From positions 780,001 through 812,000 of the forward strand of contig NZ_RSDW01000001.1 of assembly GCF_003945235.1 (NCBI RefSeq): DNA of 32,000 bases, given 5' to 3'. The notes under the pieces are model-generated. The model did no database searches, had not been told where the DNA came from, and worked only from the letters and a program-made list of their open reading frames with translations. This DNA comes from Edaphobacter aggregans (lineage in GTDB: Bacteria; Acidobacteriota; Terriglobia; Terriglobales; Acidobacteriaceae). Made by a program: the position numbers and the translations under genes. This document shows positions 15,358 through 23,704 of the stretch, in pieces. Numbering within the stretch: position 1 is the first letter of the stretch; each line of letters starts with the position of its first letter.

Positions 15358-15833
15358 TGTTTACTCCACAGGTTATTGGCGCGACTTCAACGGCTGAGAG
15401 CGCTTATAGCAACGTGCGCCGCCATCGAACTGTCTCTGCTTTGTCGTCACGTTTTCCACCATCAGGTCAACGTATGGGGAGTCCTGAGGTGAGCATCGGG
15501 CCCGCCGGGTTCATATTTCACCGTGGTCTTCGGCAGCAGTGTGGAGTAGTGCAGGCCCGCACAAAGAAGCTTCTAATGCAGAAGCTGGTTGTATCGGCTA
15601 TTCAGCGCGAATCATAAACCGCGCGGGTTTTGCTTGTCCCAAACATTTTTAGATCAGGTATATATTTTTGCGGGCACGGGCATCTGGGCTTCGAAAGGAG
15701 AGGGTGAGTTCATTCACTATCCAGCTAAAATCCGCGCAGACACAGGAGATTTGATTGCAGCTATGGGCAGATCAAGTCGTTGAAAACATTGAGAACGATT
15801 TGGCGTCGGCACAAAAATGCGATTTTCAGAGGA

Positions 15834-16130
15834 CTACCTTTTGATTCCGTTACGGCACTCGACTACGTATTGCAGCGCCTGCTCCCATGTCATACCCATG
15901 GACTTGGCCAGTGCCATGCAGTGGTTGAAGAAAGGTGTGTCTTCGGGCGTAGGGCGAGCGAGTGCTTCCAGTTGGCGAGCGCGTTCTGCAAAGTCCGCGA
16001 TAGTTTGAGGAATCATGTCGAACAGCGTATTAAGATGCGCTTCTATCGGCAAATCACCCAAAAGATGTATGGGATGCGTGAAGGTTGATTCGTTCAGACT
16101 CGACTGATCTTCCTCAACGAGGTCGACCAC
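15834..16130 (-). CDS. hypothetical small acidic protein
   Basis: 98-aa ORF with a helical, acidic composition (…ADFAERARQLEALARPTPEDTPFFNHCMALAKSMGMTWEQALQYV). It is more protein-like than the overlapping + strand ORF 15780..16088. The start is GTG, so the start is uncertain. Confidence 0.4.
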   Translation of the reverse strand: MVDLVEEDQSSLNESTFTHPIHLLGDLPIEAHLNTLFDMIPQTIADFAERARQLEALARPTPEDTPFFNHCMALAKSMGMTWEQALQYVVECRNGIKR

Positions 16131-16147
16131 TCACACGCTTCCCTGTC

Positions 16148-16176
16148 GTTGACATCTCTGCTTTCCAGTGGGAAAA
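16148..16176 (+). promoter_or_regulatory. sigma-70-like promoter candidate for the propeller gene
   Basis: TTGACA (16148-16153), a 17-nt spacer, then GAAAAT (16171-16176). It lies 40 nt upstream of ATG 16216. Confidence 0.3.
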
Positions 16177-16215
16177 TTTCTTCCTTCCCCGGGTGAATCA
16201 GGAAAAGAGGCTCCA

Positions 16216-17892
16216 ATGCCGATACCTGTCCCAACCACCATAGCCACGGGTTATTTCGACGCCGGAGGCAGCGACTATAGGCAGCTCACCGACCAACTCT
16301 ATATCGCGGATGCAGGCGCCAACACCATCAACGCTCTTACGGCCCACACCCACGTAAAGACGGTTCTGGGCACCGGCTACAACGCACCAAGCGACATCGA
16401 ACTCAGTAGTGACGGCATCCACGCTTACGTCACCGAAAATCCCGGCACGCTGCTAAAGCTCAGCCTGACGAACCTCAATCGCGCCGCCGCTACAGTCGTC
16501 GCCTCGGGCTTCAACGGTATCGACCAAGTCGCGCTCGACGAGACCCACGGCTTCGCCTATGTGTGCGAGTTCACCGCCAGCCAGATCCAACGCGTCAATC
16601 TTGCAACCGGCATAAAGACCGTCGTGGCCAGTTCCTTCGCACCTCGCGGCATACTCGTCACCTCAGACGGACGCTTCCTCTACGTCAGCAGCGACGCCGG
16701 CACCATCACTCGCTTCGACCTGTCCACAAGCACGAGCGTCGTCGTTGCCAGCGGCCTGAACGGCCCTCGCCATCTCACCTGGGCCGACGCCGGAGAGAGC
16801 GTCATCCTCTTTCCGCAACCCAACCCCACCGGCACGGTTCTCAAGCTCGAACTTACAGCAACGCCACCAAAAGTCACCGCCATCGCTGGTCCCGCGGCTG
16901 CCAACCCATACAGCGTCACCGTGCTCTCGCCCAATCAAATCCTCGTCACCAGCGCGACGACAATCGGCGAGGTCGATCTCACAGCGTCCCTCTTCTCTCC
17001 TGCCGGCCCTATTCTCCTGGGGATCGGCTTCGTCCCCGCCGACGCGGTTCATCTCCCCGGCGGCTTCGCCGACACCACAATGGACCCGACCTATTTCTTT
17101 CAGGTGAAGGACTGTCCCTTCGGAGGCACCCTTCCACTGATGATCAATTGGGAGAGCGCCCGCGCCATGGGAGCCAGCTTCTATCAGGTCTTCATCGGCG
17201 GTGTCATGGTCACTCAGCCCTTCGCCGACTATCTCTGGAGCGTCCCGCTCAATGTCTTCGAACTCCAGACCACAGTCCCCACCAGCGGCTATTACCCCTT
17301 GCGTTCAGCCGGTCAGATATGGCTCAACTTCTGGCTAGGTATGCTGCTCAACACCACTGGCCAACCCAACGGACTCAACACCATCAGCATCAAGCTCTTC
17401 TCAGCCATGAGCCCACTCAGCGAGATCGGACATGCCACCGACCCCGGCCGTTTCGCCACGCTCATGATCGACAACACCCAGCCCACCGCCGTGATTGAAC
17501 AGATCCTGCAGCAACCCGGCAATGTTCCCATCAACACCTGCGCCATCGTTACTACGGGCGCACCGACATTCACCTTCCAGATCACCGCCTCCGCTCCGGC
17601 TCATCTTCTAGCCTGGAGCCTCACCGCTTACTGGGGAGATAACAAGTCGTTAGGCGTCTCCTCTGACAGCTACGCCAACCACATCACGCCATCCCGCATC
17701 TGGACGGGAATCACCAGCGTCGCTGTGCCGCCGCCGGGCCCCACCCCATGGAACGCCACAGTTACAGGCGATCCCACCTCGACCCACTGCGCCCATTCTT
17801 TCTTCCTTTATGCATGGGACCGCGTCATCAATGGATGGGGATATATTCACGGCCCTGCCAGCTATCAGAAATCCATCACTATCATGCTCTAA
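16216..17892 (+). CDS. beta-propeller repeat protein (YncE/NHL-like blades) with uncharacterised C-terminal half
   Basis: Repeated blades of about 45 aa: GIHAYVTENPGTLLKLSL, GFAYVCEFTASQIQRVNL, RFLYVSSDAGTITRFDL. No signal peptide is present. ATG 16216, with AAGAGG 5 nt upstream, is preferred over GTG 16168, which lies inside the putative promoter. Confidence 0.75.
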   Translation: MPIPVPTTIATGYFDAGGSDYRQLTDQLYIADAGANTINALTAHTHVKTVLGTGYNAPSDIELSSDGIHAYVTENPGTLLKLSLTNLNRAAATVVASGFNGIDQVALDETHGFAYVCEFTASQIQRVNLATGIKTVVASSFAPRGILVTSDGRFLYVSSDAGTITRFDLSTSTSVVVASGLNGPRHLTWADAGESVILFPQPNPTGTVLKLELTATPPKVTAIAGPAAANPYSVTVLSPNQILVTSATTIGEVDLTASLFSPAGPILLGIGFVPADAVHLPGGFADTTMDPTYFFQVKDCPFGGTLPLMINWESARAMGASFYQVFIGGVMVTQPFADYLWSVPLNVFELQTTVPTSGYYPLRSAGQIWLNFWLGMLLNTTGQPNGLNTISIKLFSAMSPLSEIGHATDPGRFATLMIDNTQPTAVIEQILQQPGNVPINTCAIVTTGAPTFTFQITASAPAHLLAWSLTAYWGDNKSLGVSSDSYANHITPSRIWTGITSVAVPPPGPTPWNATVTGDPTSTHCAHSFFLYAWDRVINGWGYIHGPASYQKSITIML

Positions 17893-17960
17893 ACGCTGAC
17901 CATGGGTTGCTTGGACGGGCGAAATCCGGTATCTTAAGAGAGTTGCATTCAACGCAATGT

Positions 17961-18037
17961 GCGCCCGTAGCTCAGCTGGATAGAGCAACTGGCTACGAAC
18001 CAGTAGGTCGGAGGTTCGACTCCTTCCGGGCGCACCA
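17961..18037 (+). tRNA. tRNA-Arg (anticodon ACG)
   Basis: 77 nt and 72/77 identical to the tRNA at 2137-2213. Anticodon loop CTACGAA, with a compensatory anticodon-stem change (ACTGG/CCAGT versus TCTGG/CCAGA). CCA is encoded. Confidence 0.95.
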
Positions 18038-18064
18038 TAATCCACATAAATCAATACTTTACGC

Positions 18065-18090
18065 GAAGCAGCGCAAGCTGCTTTTTTCTT
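18065..18090 (+). terminator. rho-independent terminator downstream of tRNA-Arg(ACG)
   Basis: GAAGCAGC GCAA GCTGCTT followed by TTTTTCTT. Confidence 0.7.
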
Positions 18091-18363
18091 GTTTGCAGCA
18101 GAATGCAGCATCATGTCTGCAAATAAAGGGCTTTTTGAGGTCAGCCGCTGCGACCGACCGGCGGCACGTTGGTGCTGGAGGGCCGATTCGGATTGAGTTG
18201 TGGAAGCCCAACAGCCGTTTCTCCACGAACGAATTCAGTTTCGATATTCATAGCTTCCTTGTAACTGCTCGTCGCTGCAAATCAAGCGGTCGCTCACATA
18301 GACAGCGAACTGATCGCCCGAAGGTTTCCGGAACGATGGCTATCTGTGTATCCAGCGCAGAAG

Positions 18364-20037
18364 TTACTTTGCAACCTTCTGAGACCCCGATGCGAAGATA
18401 ATGCGGAAAGCATAAGCCGGTTGCTCGGAGAGCTTATCTGACAACTTGATATGCAGGCCGTCCTGCTTCTGTTCGAAGGCGAGTTTGGAGTTCGCGCCAA
18501 GCATTTGGACTGACTGAATCGGCTGCGATGTTGCCGCACTCGTTCCGAGAGACTGGATAACAGCTTCGCCGGAGGTTGGCCACGCTAGTTCGATAGCGTA
18601 AAGGTCGGGACCCTTGGTTGTGAAGCGGAAGTCCTGCGCGGTATAAATCTGTGTCTCCGTATCGTGGAATGGTCCCGCCTTGACGAGAGTTGGGCCTTCG
18701 CCAAAGATATTCCAAGGCCGTGTGCCATAGATAGCGTCTCCATTGACCTTAAGCCAGTCGCCGACAGATAGCAGAACCCTTTGCACTTCAATAGGAATAG
18801 TGCCATCGGCGCGTGGACCTATGTTCATGAGTAGATTGCCATTTTTGCTGACGACATCGACAAGCTGATGCACGATGAAGGCCGGCGATTTGAAAGTATC
18901 GTTCTCTATATAGCCCCAGCTCTTATTACTGACAGAGGTATCCGTCTGCCAATAGTCAGGACTAATGCCTGCGAGTTGACCGCGTTCCAGGTCGAGCACA
19001 GCAGAGTTCTTCTGCATGGCTACATGCTTGTAGGTGATGATCCCAACGGGACCGTGTTTGAGTGACTCGTTGTAGTAGTAAGCCGCAAACTCAGCCAGGA
19101 AGGGACGGACGGACGGCTGGCCGATCCACCAGTCGAAGAAGATGATCTCGGGCTGGTACTTCTGCACGATCTCCGCATTTCTCGCCACCCAGTCCTGTGC
19201 GTAGGCGGGACTTACATACGTCCAGTCAGTAGAAAGATCATTACCACCAGGCGCAGGCGCGTCCTGCAGTTGGATCTGAGCCGGGCCGTAGAAGGCAGCG
19301 TACTTAGAATCGTTCACGTCGGAGGGCTGCTTGCGACCGCCATCAAGGAACCAATCGTGCTCGATTCGGTGGGATGAGGCGCCGAGATGGAGGCCCTCAG
19401 CCCGGACAGCTTTGGCCAGGTCGCCGACGAGATCACGCTTAGGCCCCATCTTCGCAGCGGTCCAGTCGGAGAGATCGCTGTCATACATGGCAAAGCCGTC
19501 GTGATGCTCAAAGACCGGAACTACATATTTAGCACCGGAGTCCTTGAAGAGCTTCGCCCACGCCTGGGGATCATAGTGCTCGGCCTTGAACATCGGGATG
19601 AAGTCCTTATAGCCGAACTGCGTCAGAGGGCCATATTTTTCAACGTGGTGCTTATTGATAGCAGAGCCCGCAACGTACATCTCGCGTGGATACCACTCGT
19701 TGCCGAAAGCAGGAACGGAGTAAAGGCCCCAGTGGATGAAGATGCCGAATTTCGCATCTTTGTACCAGTCAGGAACCTGATAGCGCGAGAGAGTATTCCA
19801 ATCGGGACGGAAAGGACCGTGCTGCGCATCCCGATCGACCTGCTGCAGGATTATGGATCTAGCCCCGTCATACTTGGAACTGGCCTTGATCCACTGCGCG
19901 GCTAAATCTTCAGGTAAGTCTCTGGCCGTGGGGGCGGCGGGAGACGCTGCCTGCGCGTGGGCTACTCCGCGACAGACGAGAGCAAGTGAGACTGATGCAA
20001 AAAGAAAGGCAATGGCGGAAATTCGGAGTTGAGACAT
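18364..20037 (-). CDS. secreted alpha-L-fucosidase, glycoside hydrolase family 29
   Basis: The signal peptide is MSQLRISAIAFLFASVSLALVCRGVAHA. The GH29 signature is DWYKDAKFGIFIHWGLYSVPAFGNEWYPREMY. A C-terminal beta-sandwich region is also present. Confidence 0.9.
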   Translation of the reverse strand: MSQLRISAIAFLFASVSLALVCRGVAHAQAASPAAPTARDLPEDLAAQWIKASSKYDGARSIILQQVDRDAQHGPFRPDWNTLSRYQVPDWYKDAKFGIFIHWGLYSVPAFGNEWYPREMYVAGSAINKHHVEKYGPLTQFGYKDFIPMFKAEHYDPQAWAKLFKDSGAKYVVPVFEHHDGFAMYDSDLSDWTAAKMGPKRDLVGDLAKAVRAEGLHLGASSHRIEHDWFLDGGRKQPSDVNDSKYAAFYGPAQIQLQDAPAPGGNDLSTDWTYVSPAYAQDWVARNAEIVQKYQPEIIFFDWWIGQPSVRPFLAEFAAYYYNESLKHGPVGIITYKHVAMQKNSAVLDLERGQLAGISPDYWQTDTSVSNKSWGYIENDTFKSPAFIVHQLVDVVSKNGNLLMNIGPRADGTIPIEVQRVLLSVGDWLKVNGDAIYGTRPWNIFGEGPTLVKAGPFHDTETQIYTAQDFRFTTKGPDLYAIELAWPTSGEAVIQSLGTSAATSQPIQSVQMLGANSKLAFEQKQDGLHIKLSDKLSEQPAYAFRIIFASGSQKVAK

Positions 20038-20178
20038 ATATTATAGCAGTGAAAACTTAGTTTTCACGATAACTCTATCGATAAAATAAGGGAATTGCAC
20101 TCTTTGAAACGGAAAATCATCTTAGGGATAGTGGTTTGTTGCGGAACGTAGATATCCTTCCAAAACAAAAGGAGACGC

Positions 20179-20318
20179 ATGCAACGTCGCAAACTTGGGA
20201 AGACAGCGTTGGAGATTTCTGTCCTTGGATTTGGAACGTCACCGTTCGGAAACGTATTCGGGGATACAGACCCGCAAGACAATCCGGACGCTGTAGACGC
20301 GGCAGTCGATGCCGGCGA
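20179..20318 (+). pseudogene. N-terminal fragment of an aldo/keto reductase (truncated)
   Basis: MQRRKLGKTALEISVLGFGTSPFGNVFGDTDPQDNPDAVDAAVDAG matches the first 45 aa or so of AKR proteins. Homology then stops and the frame continues as unrelated sequence. Confidence 0.6.
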
Positions 20319-20491
20319 CGCTGGAAGCAACGATGAAGCGGCTTCCTCCATATCAGATCGGCAAGTATGGCCAACTACAGGAGTGGTATGAAGACTTCGA
20401 CGAAAACCAGCCCGGTCAACGGCACATGTCTCATCTTTATCCGGTATATCCAGGGTGGGAAATCACATCGCACAAGGGTTCGTTGATATAA
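20319..20491 (+). pseudogene. internal fragment resembling a GH95 alpha-L-fucosidase
   Basis: A different frame reads LEATMKRLPPYQIGKYGQLQEWYEDFDENQPGQRHMSHLYPVYPG. This matches, from memory, the conserved GQLQEW...HRHxSHLxxLYPG block of GH95 enzymes. Only about 55 aa is present, against the roughly 800 aa of a full enzyme. Confidence 0.5.
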
Positions 20492-20724
20492 CGCACCAAG
20501 CTGAAACCACGGGCCTCTTTGGCCAGAGTTAAATTATTTGAAGACGGAATCCGGTACAGATAGGCTTCTGGTGGTTTCCGTGGAAGGTACACAAATCTAA
20601 AAGCAACCCAAAACAATCCAGCGGCTTCCAAAGATTCGGGGCACAGACTGAATCACTGCAGAACCTGCAATGTTTTGCTCAAACTGCTGCGGCAATAGTC
20701 AGTCGCAACGTAAAGGAGCTTTCA

Positions 20725-21000
20725 ATGAAGGATCATTACAAACTCTCCGCTATGCCCATGTTTCCCACCGAAGAGTTCTCAGATCACCTACTCGTCACTT
20801 TCACTGCTTCCAATAGTGTCAAGGTGCGGAGAAGGTGGACTGTTTATTGCGGCGATCTAACAAAACTATTTGGTCGTATCGTCGGCCGGATCGAGGCGGA
20901 GAAGATTGTTTCTGCCCTGAGTAAGGGGCTGGCCGTCGACTTCGGATGCACCTTTACACCTCGACAGTTGCGTCCACTTGGCTTCCTCGAACTGGAATAA
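20725..21000 (+). CDS. hypothetical protein (91 aa)
   Basis: ATG preceded by AAGGAG at a 7-nt spacing. No recognisable motif. Confidence 0.4.
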   Translation: MKDHYKLSAMPMFPTEEFSDHLLVTFTASNSVKVRRRWTVYCGDLTKLFGRIVGRIEAEKIVSALSKGLAVDFGCTFTPRQLRPLGFLELE

Positions 21001-21018
21001 GCCATCTTATCGAGGCAT

Positions 21019-21205
21019 GGATGACGCCAGGCAGAGTCTTCTGAAAACGATAGAGCGCCTCGGCAGAGAAATCGTGACGTGTCAGAACTCCATGGATGCC
21101 GGACGCCCCTGCCTTGGCACGTCGGCAGACCATCGGGAATGGCTACACAAGCTCCAGACAGAACTGTTTGAGGCCGAAGCCGAACTAGCCAAGCTGGAAC
21201 GATGA
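21019..21205 (+). CDS. hypothetical small coiled-coil protein
   Basis: MDDARQSLLKTIERLGREI...LHKLQTELFEAEAELAKLER. The start is uncertain (ATG 20978 is listed in the track). No clear RBS. Confidence 0.3.
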
Positions 21206-21305
21206 TGGCGTGTTCCCAAGTGCTAGCCAGTTGCAAATGATCGCGAAGCCCTGTGACTGGCCTGTTACCGTCAATCTAGGATTCGACTGGCTGGTTTCCT
21301 ATCTA

Positions 21306-23504
21306 TTATTCCAGCGGAATCCTATAGAGATTTCGTTGTACGATCACGCGGGTATAGGCATAAATGGAGGGATTCGGCCCTGGAGCGAAGACCCCCTTCC
21401 CTGTCATGTCAATTTCGGAAGCCGCCTTCAATCCCTTAATGTCTTCAGCGGATTTCAGACCCGACGGTGGTAGCTCAGGAAGTTCTTTGCCAGGACGTAG
21501 CTCGAAAGCCAAAGTTTTTCCGCCTCCCATCGCACCAACGTCGCGGAACCTCAGATAGAAAAACTTGTCCCCGGGCCCCCAGCCAACACCGCAAAAAGTG
21601 CAAATCTGAACCGCAGGCCCTCCCTGTATGGAATGGGCGATGATTTTGCTAACGGTGCCGAGGGCGGTAATCCACAATTCGCCCCGAGGAGAAATGCCTT
21701 GATAGTCCCGAATGGGTTCAGGCTCTACCTTTCGTGGTACCGTCTCATTCATTCCTATCCTGTACAGATATTCGAGGGTGCCCTCACTCATCAGAAAGTA
21801 AATATCTCCTTCGGGTCCAAAATTTGGATGCGTGGATACGGACGAAGTCAGCTGTCTCGGCGGTGTCCGACGATCGAGCAACGAGACCCATACATGCGGG
21901 GAGCCATGCGCATCACGAGCCGTGAACACCACACGTTCGCCATCTGGCGAGATCCGGAACTCGCTCATCAAAATGCCTGGTAAAACAACCTGGTTTTGAC
22001 CCGTCTCTAAATCCGCCATCCAAAGTTCTCCCGAGGCGACCTCCCGGGAACCTTGCTTGCTCACCAGATAAAACAATTTCTTCCCGTCCGGCGAAAACAG
22101 AGAAATAGAGGCGGAGCCGCCGCCGCTATATCCGATGCCGGGCAGCCGGGCGTTACCTTCTCCCGAGATCTGGCGGTCGCCATGTGAGTCGTGTACCCAA
22201 ACGGTGCTTTCCCGGATACCGGCTGACGTGATCAGCATGCGGCCATCGGCTGAAACGGCGATGCCCTCTTCTTCGGTTGGGCCGAAGGTCAGTTGTTCCG
22301 GAACGCCGTTGGGAAAATGCTGGCGCCAGATGTGGTATCCGTCGCCCGCGTCCGCGCTGAAATACATCGTCCTTCCATTCGGGCTCCAGCCTGCGTTGGT
22401 GCATTGGGCTGGCTTCGGGCCCACCGTTTCACCAGTGGCGCTCCCATCGAAGGGCAGCACACGGCAATTCCACCCGGATAAACCCATTTCGGAGACCAAA
22501 ATCCACTTGCCATCGGGAGAAATCCAAGAGCGGTGCGCCATTCCGGTTGCGCTGGACGGCAGATAGACATCGCGCTCTTCCGCCCGACTCTCTGCTGCGG
22601 TAACTATGTCCATGCGTACTCCCGTCTTGATCTCCGAGAAGATCACGTGCCCCTTGTCATTCCAGGTGAGGGCCGCTGCGTTCGGCAGCAGTTCCTTGGA
22701 TTCGCCACCCAGAACCGGCACAACCCAGGTGTTCCATCCGAAACTTCGATCTGTGGCCGTGAACGCAACGCGTGATCCATCTACCGAAAATGCAGGAGCC
22801 ATCTTCGGCATACCGTCATGGGTTAGCTGAATCGCCTCGCCATCCGGCAGGATCTTCACATAAATCTCCCCAGGAGTTACAAAAGTTTCGGGCCCACGAA
22901 TAAACGCGACCATGTGCCCGTCGGGCGACAACACTGGCTGGGTTGCGGAGTCAGGGAAGTTTGTGACTTGAACCCATTCGCGGGATGCGGGATGGAACTT
23001 GTTCCGCCCAACAAACAACAGGACAGCCATCACCAGCAAAATGACGGCGGCTCCGGCCGCTGCAGTCATACGTCGCCACCTCTTGGCAGTGGAAGTGGAG
23101 TTCGGCGGCACAATCTCAATAGGAGACGCGGCGGGAGGCAGCTCCGAGGGTTCGACTTCCTTTGGACTGCCGCAAACCTCCGCTCCCGAAACCGGAGCCA
23201 GCAACCGATAGCCTCGTCCCGGCAGTGTCTGGATGAGCCGCGGATGTTCTGAATCATCCTGCAGCGCAATGCGAAGTTTGCGCACAGCCGTATTGATTCC
23301 CTGGCGTGTGTCGACGAAGATGTTATCGCCCCACAGGCGCTGGATGATCTGTTCGCGGCTGACCATCTGGCCCTGCCTTTCGGCCAGCAGAATCAGCAAC
23401 TCCATTGGCAACTTTTCCAGCTTGATCAGGCGACCCGACTTCCGAAGTTCGTAGGAAATCAGATCCAGCTCAAATTGATCGAAGCGAAGGACTGAGGTTT
23501 GCAT
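21306..23504 (-). CDS. membrane-anchored transcriptional regulator: CadC/OmpR-type winged-helix DNA-binding domain, TM helix and TolB-like (PD40) beta-propeller
   Basis: The N-terminus is LRFDQFELDLISYELRKSGRLIKLEKLPMELLILLAERQGQMVSREQIIQRLW...LPGRGYRL. The TM segment is MTAAAGAAVILLVMAVLLFVG. The C-terminal region has repeated SPDG/FSPDGK propeller motifs. Confidence 0.9.
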   Translation of the reverse strand: MQTSVLRFDQFELDLISYELRKSGRLIKLEKLPMELLILLAERQGQMVSREQIIQRLWGDNIFVDTRQGINTAVRKLRIALQDDSEHPRLIQTLPGRGYRLLAPVSGAEVCGSPKEVEPSELPPAASPIEIVPPNSTSTAKRWRRMTAAAGAAVILLVMAVLLFVGRNKFHPASREWVQVTNFPDSATQPVLSPDGHMVAFIRGPETFVTPGEIYVKILPDGEAIQLTHDGMPKMAPAFSVDGSRVAFTATDRSFGWNTWVVPVLGGESKELLPNAAALTWNDKGHVIFSEIKTGVRMDIVTAAESRAEERDVYLPSSATGMAHRSWISPDGKWILVSEMGLSGWNCRVLPFDGSATGETVGPKPAQCTNAGWSPNGRTMYFSADAGDGYHIWRQHFPNGVPEQLTFGPTEEEGIAVSADGRMLITSAGIRESTVWVHDSHGDRQISGEGNARLPGIGYSGGGSASISLFSPDGKKLFYLVSKQGSREVASGELWMADLETGQNQVVLPGILMSEFRISPDGERVVFTARDAHGSPHVWVSLLDRRTPPRQLTSSVSTHPNFGPEGDIYFLMSEGTLEYLYRIGMNETVPRKVEPEPIRDYQGISPRGELWITALGTVSKIIAHSIQGGPAVQICTFCGVGWGPGDKFFYLRFRDVGAMGGGKTLAFELRPGKELPELPPSGLKSAEDIKGLKAASEIDMTGKGVFAPGPNPSIYAYTRVIVQRNLYRIPLE

Positions 23505-23593
23505 GGGGCCATCCTCTGAAATAAAGGGCCCGCAATGCAGCGAGATTAAGCCAGGCGCTGCTGGCTGTCAATTTTATTTCAATGATTTAGCGG

Positions 23594-23674
23594 TCTATTC
23601 CTTCTTCATTTTTTCTCTATCGGCTGTCTATTGCTGTATGCGAACCGCCGCTTCTAAGGTGTCCGCTACTAAGG
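23594..23674. promoter_or_regulatory. phased direct repeats in the divergent regulator/secreted-protein intergenic region
   Basis: (G/C)TCTAT(T/C) occurs at 23594, 23616 and 23627, giving spacings of 22 and 11 nt. In addition, CCGCTTCTAAGG (23648-23659) and CCGCTACTAAGG (23663-23674) match at 11/12 positions. Confidence 0.3.
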
Positions 23675-23704
23675 CGCGATACGTCGCCGGTAGGAGGATT
23701 CTTT

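Noticed and set aside
15704-15754. 16-codon micro-ORF (GTG...TGA, MSSFTIQLKSAQTQEI) behind an AAGGAGAG motif in the 15357-15834 spacer
   Set aside because: It is too short and has no conservation evidence available here. The SD-like motif alone is insufficient, so I did not call it a leader peptide.
16563-17498. 311-aa + strand ORF rich in R/H/P/S
   Set aside because: It is an alternative frame fully inside the beta-propeller gene. Its composition is typical of an out-of-frame translation.
17650-18401. ORFs 17650..18114 (-) and 17748..18401 (+)
   Set aside because: Both span tRNA-Arg(ACG) and its terminator, so they cannot be real coding sequences.
20437-21236. Minus-strand ORFs 20437..20631 (64 aa) and 20844..21236 (130 aa)
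   Set aside because: The first overlaps the GH95-like fragment, and the second lies antisense to the two small + ORFs. Neither has an RBS or motifs, and their composition is unconvincing.
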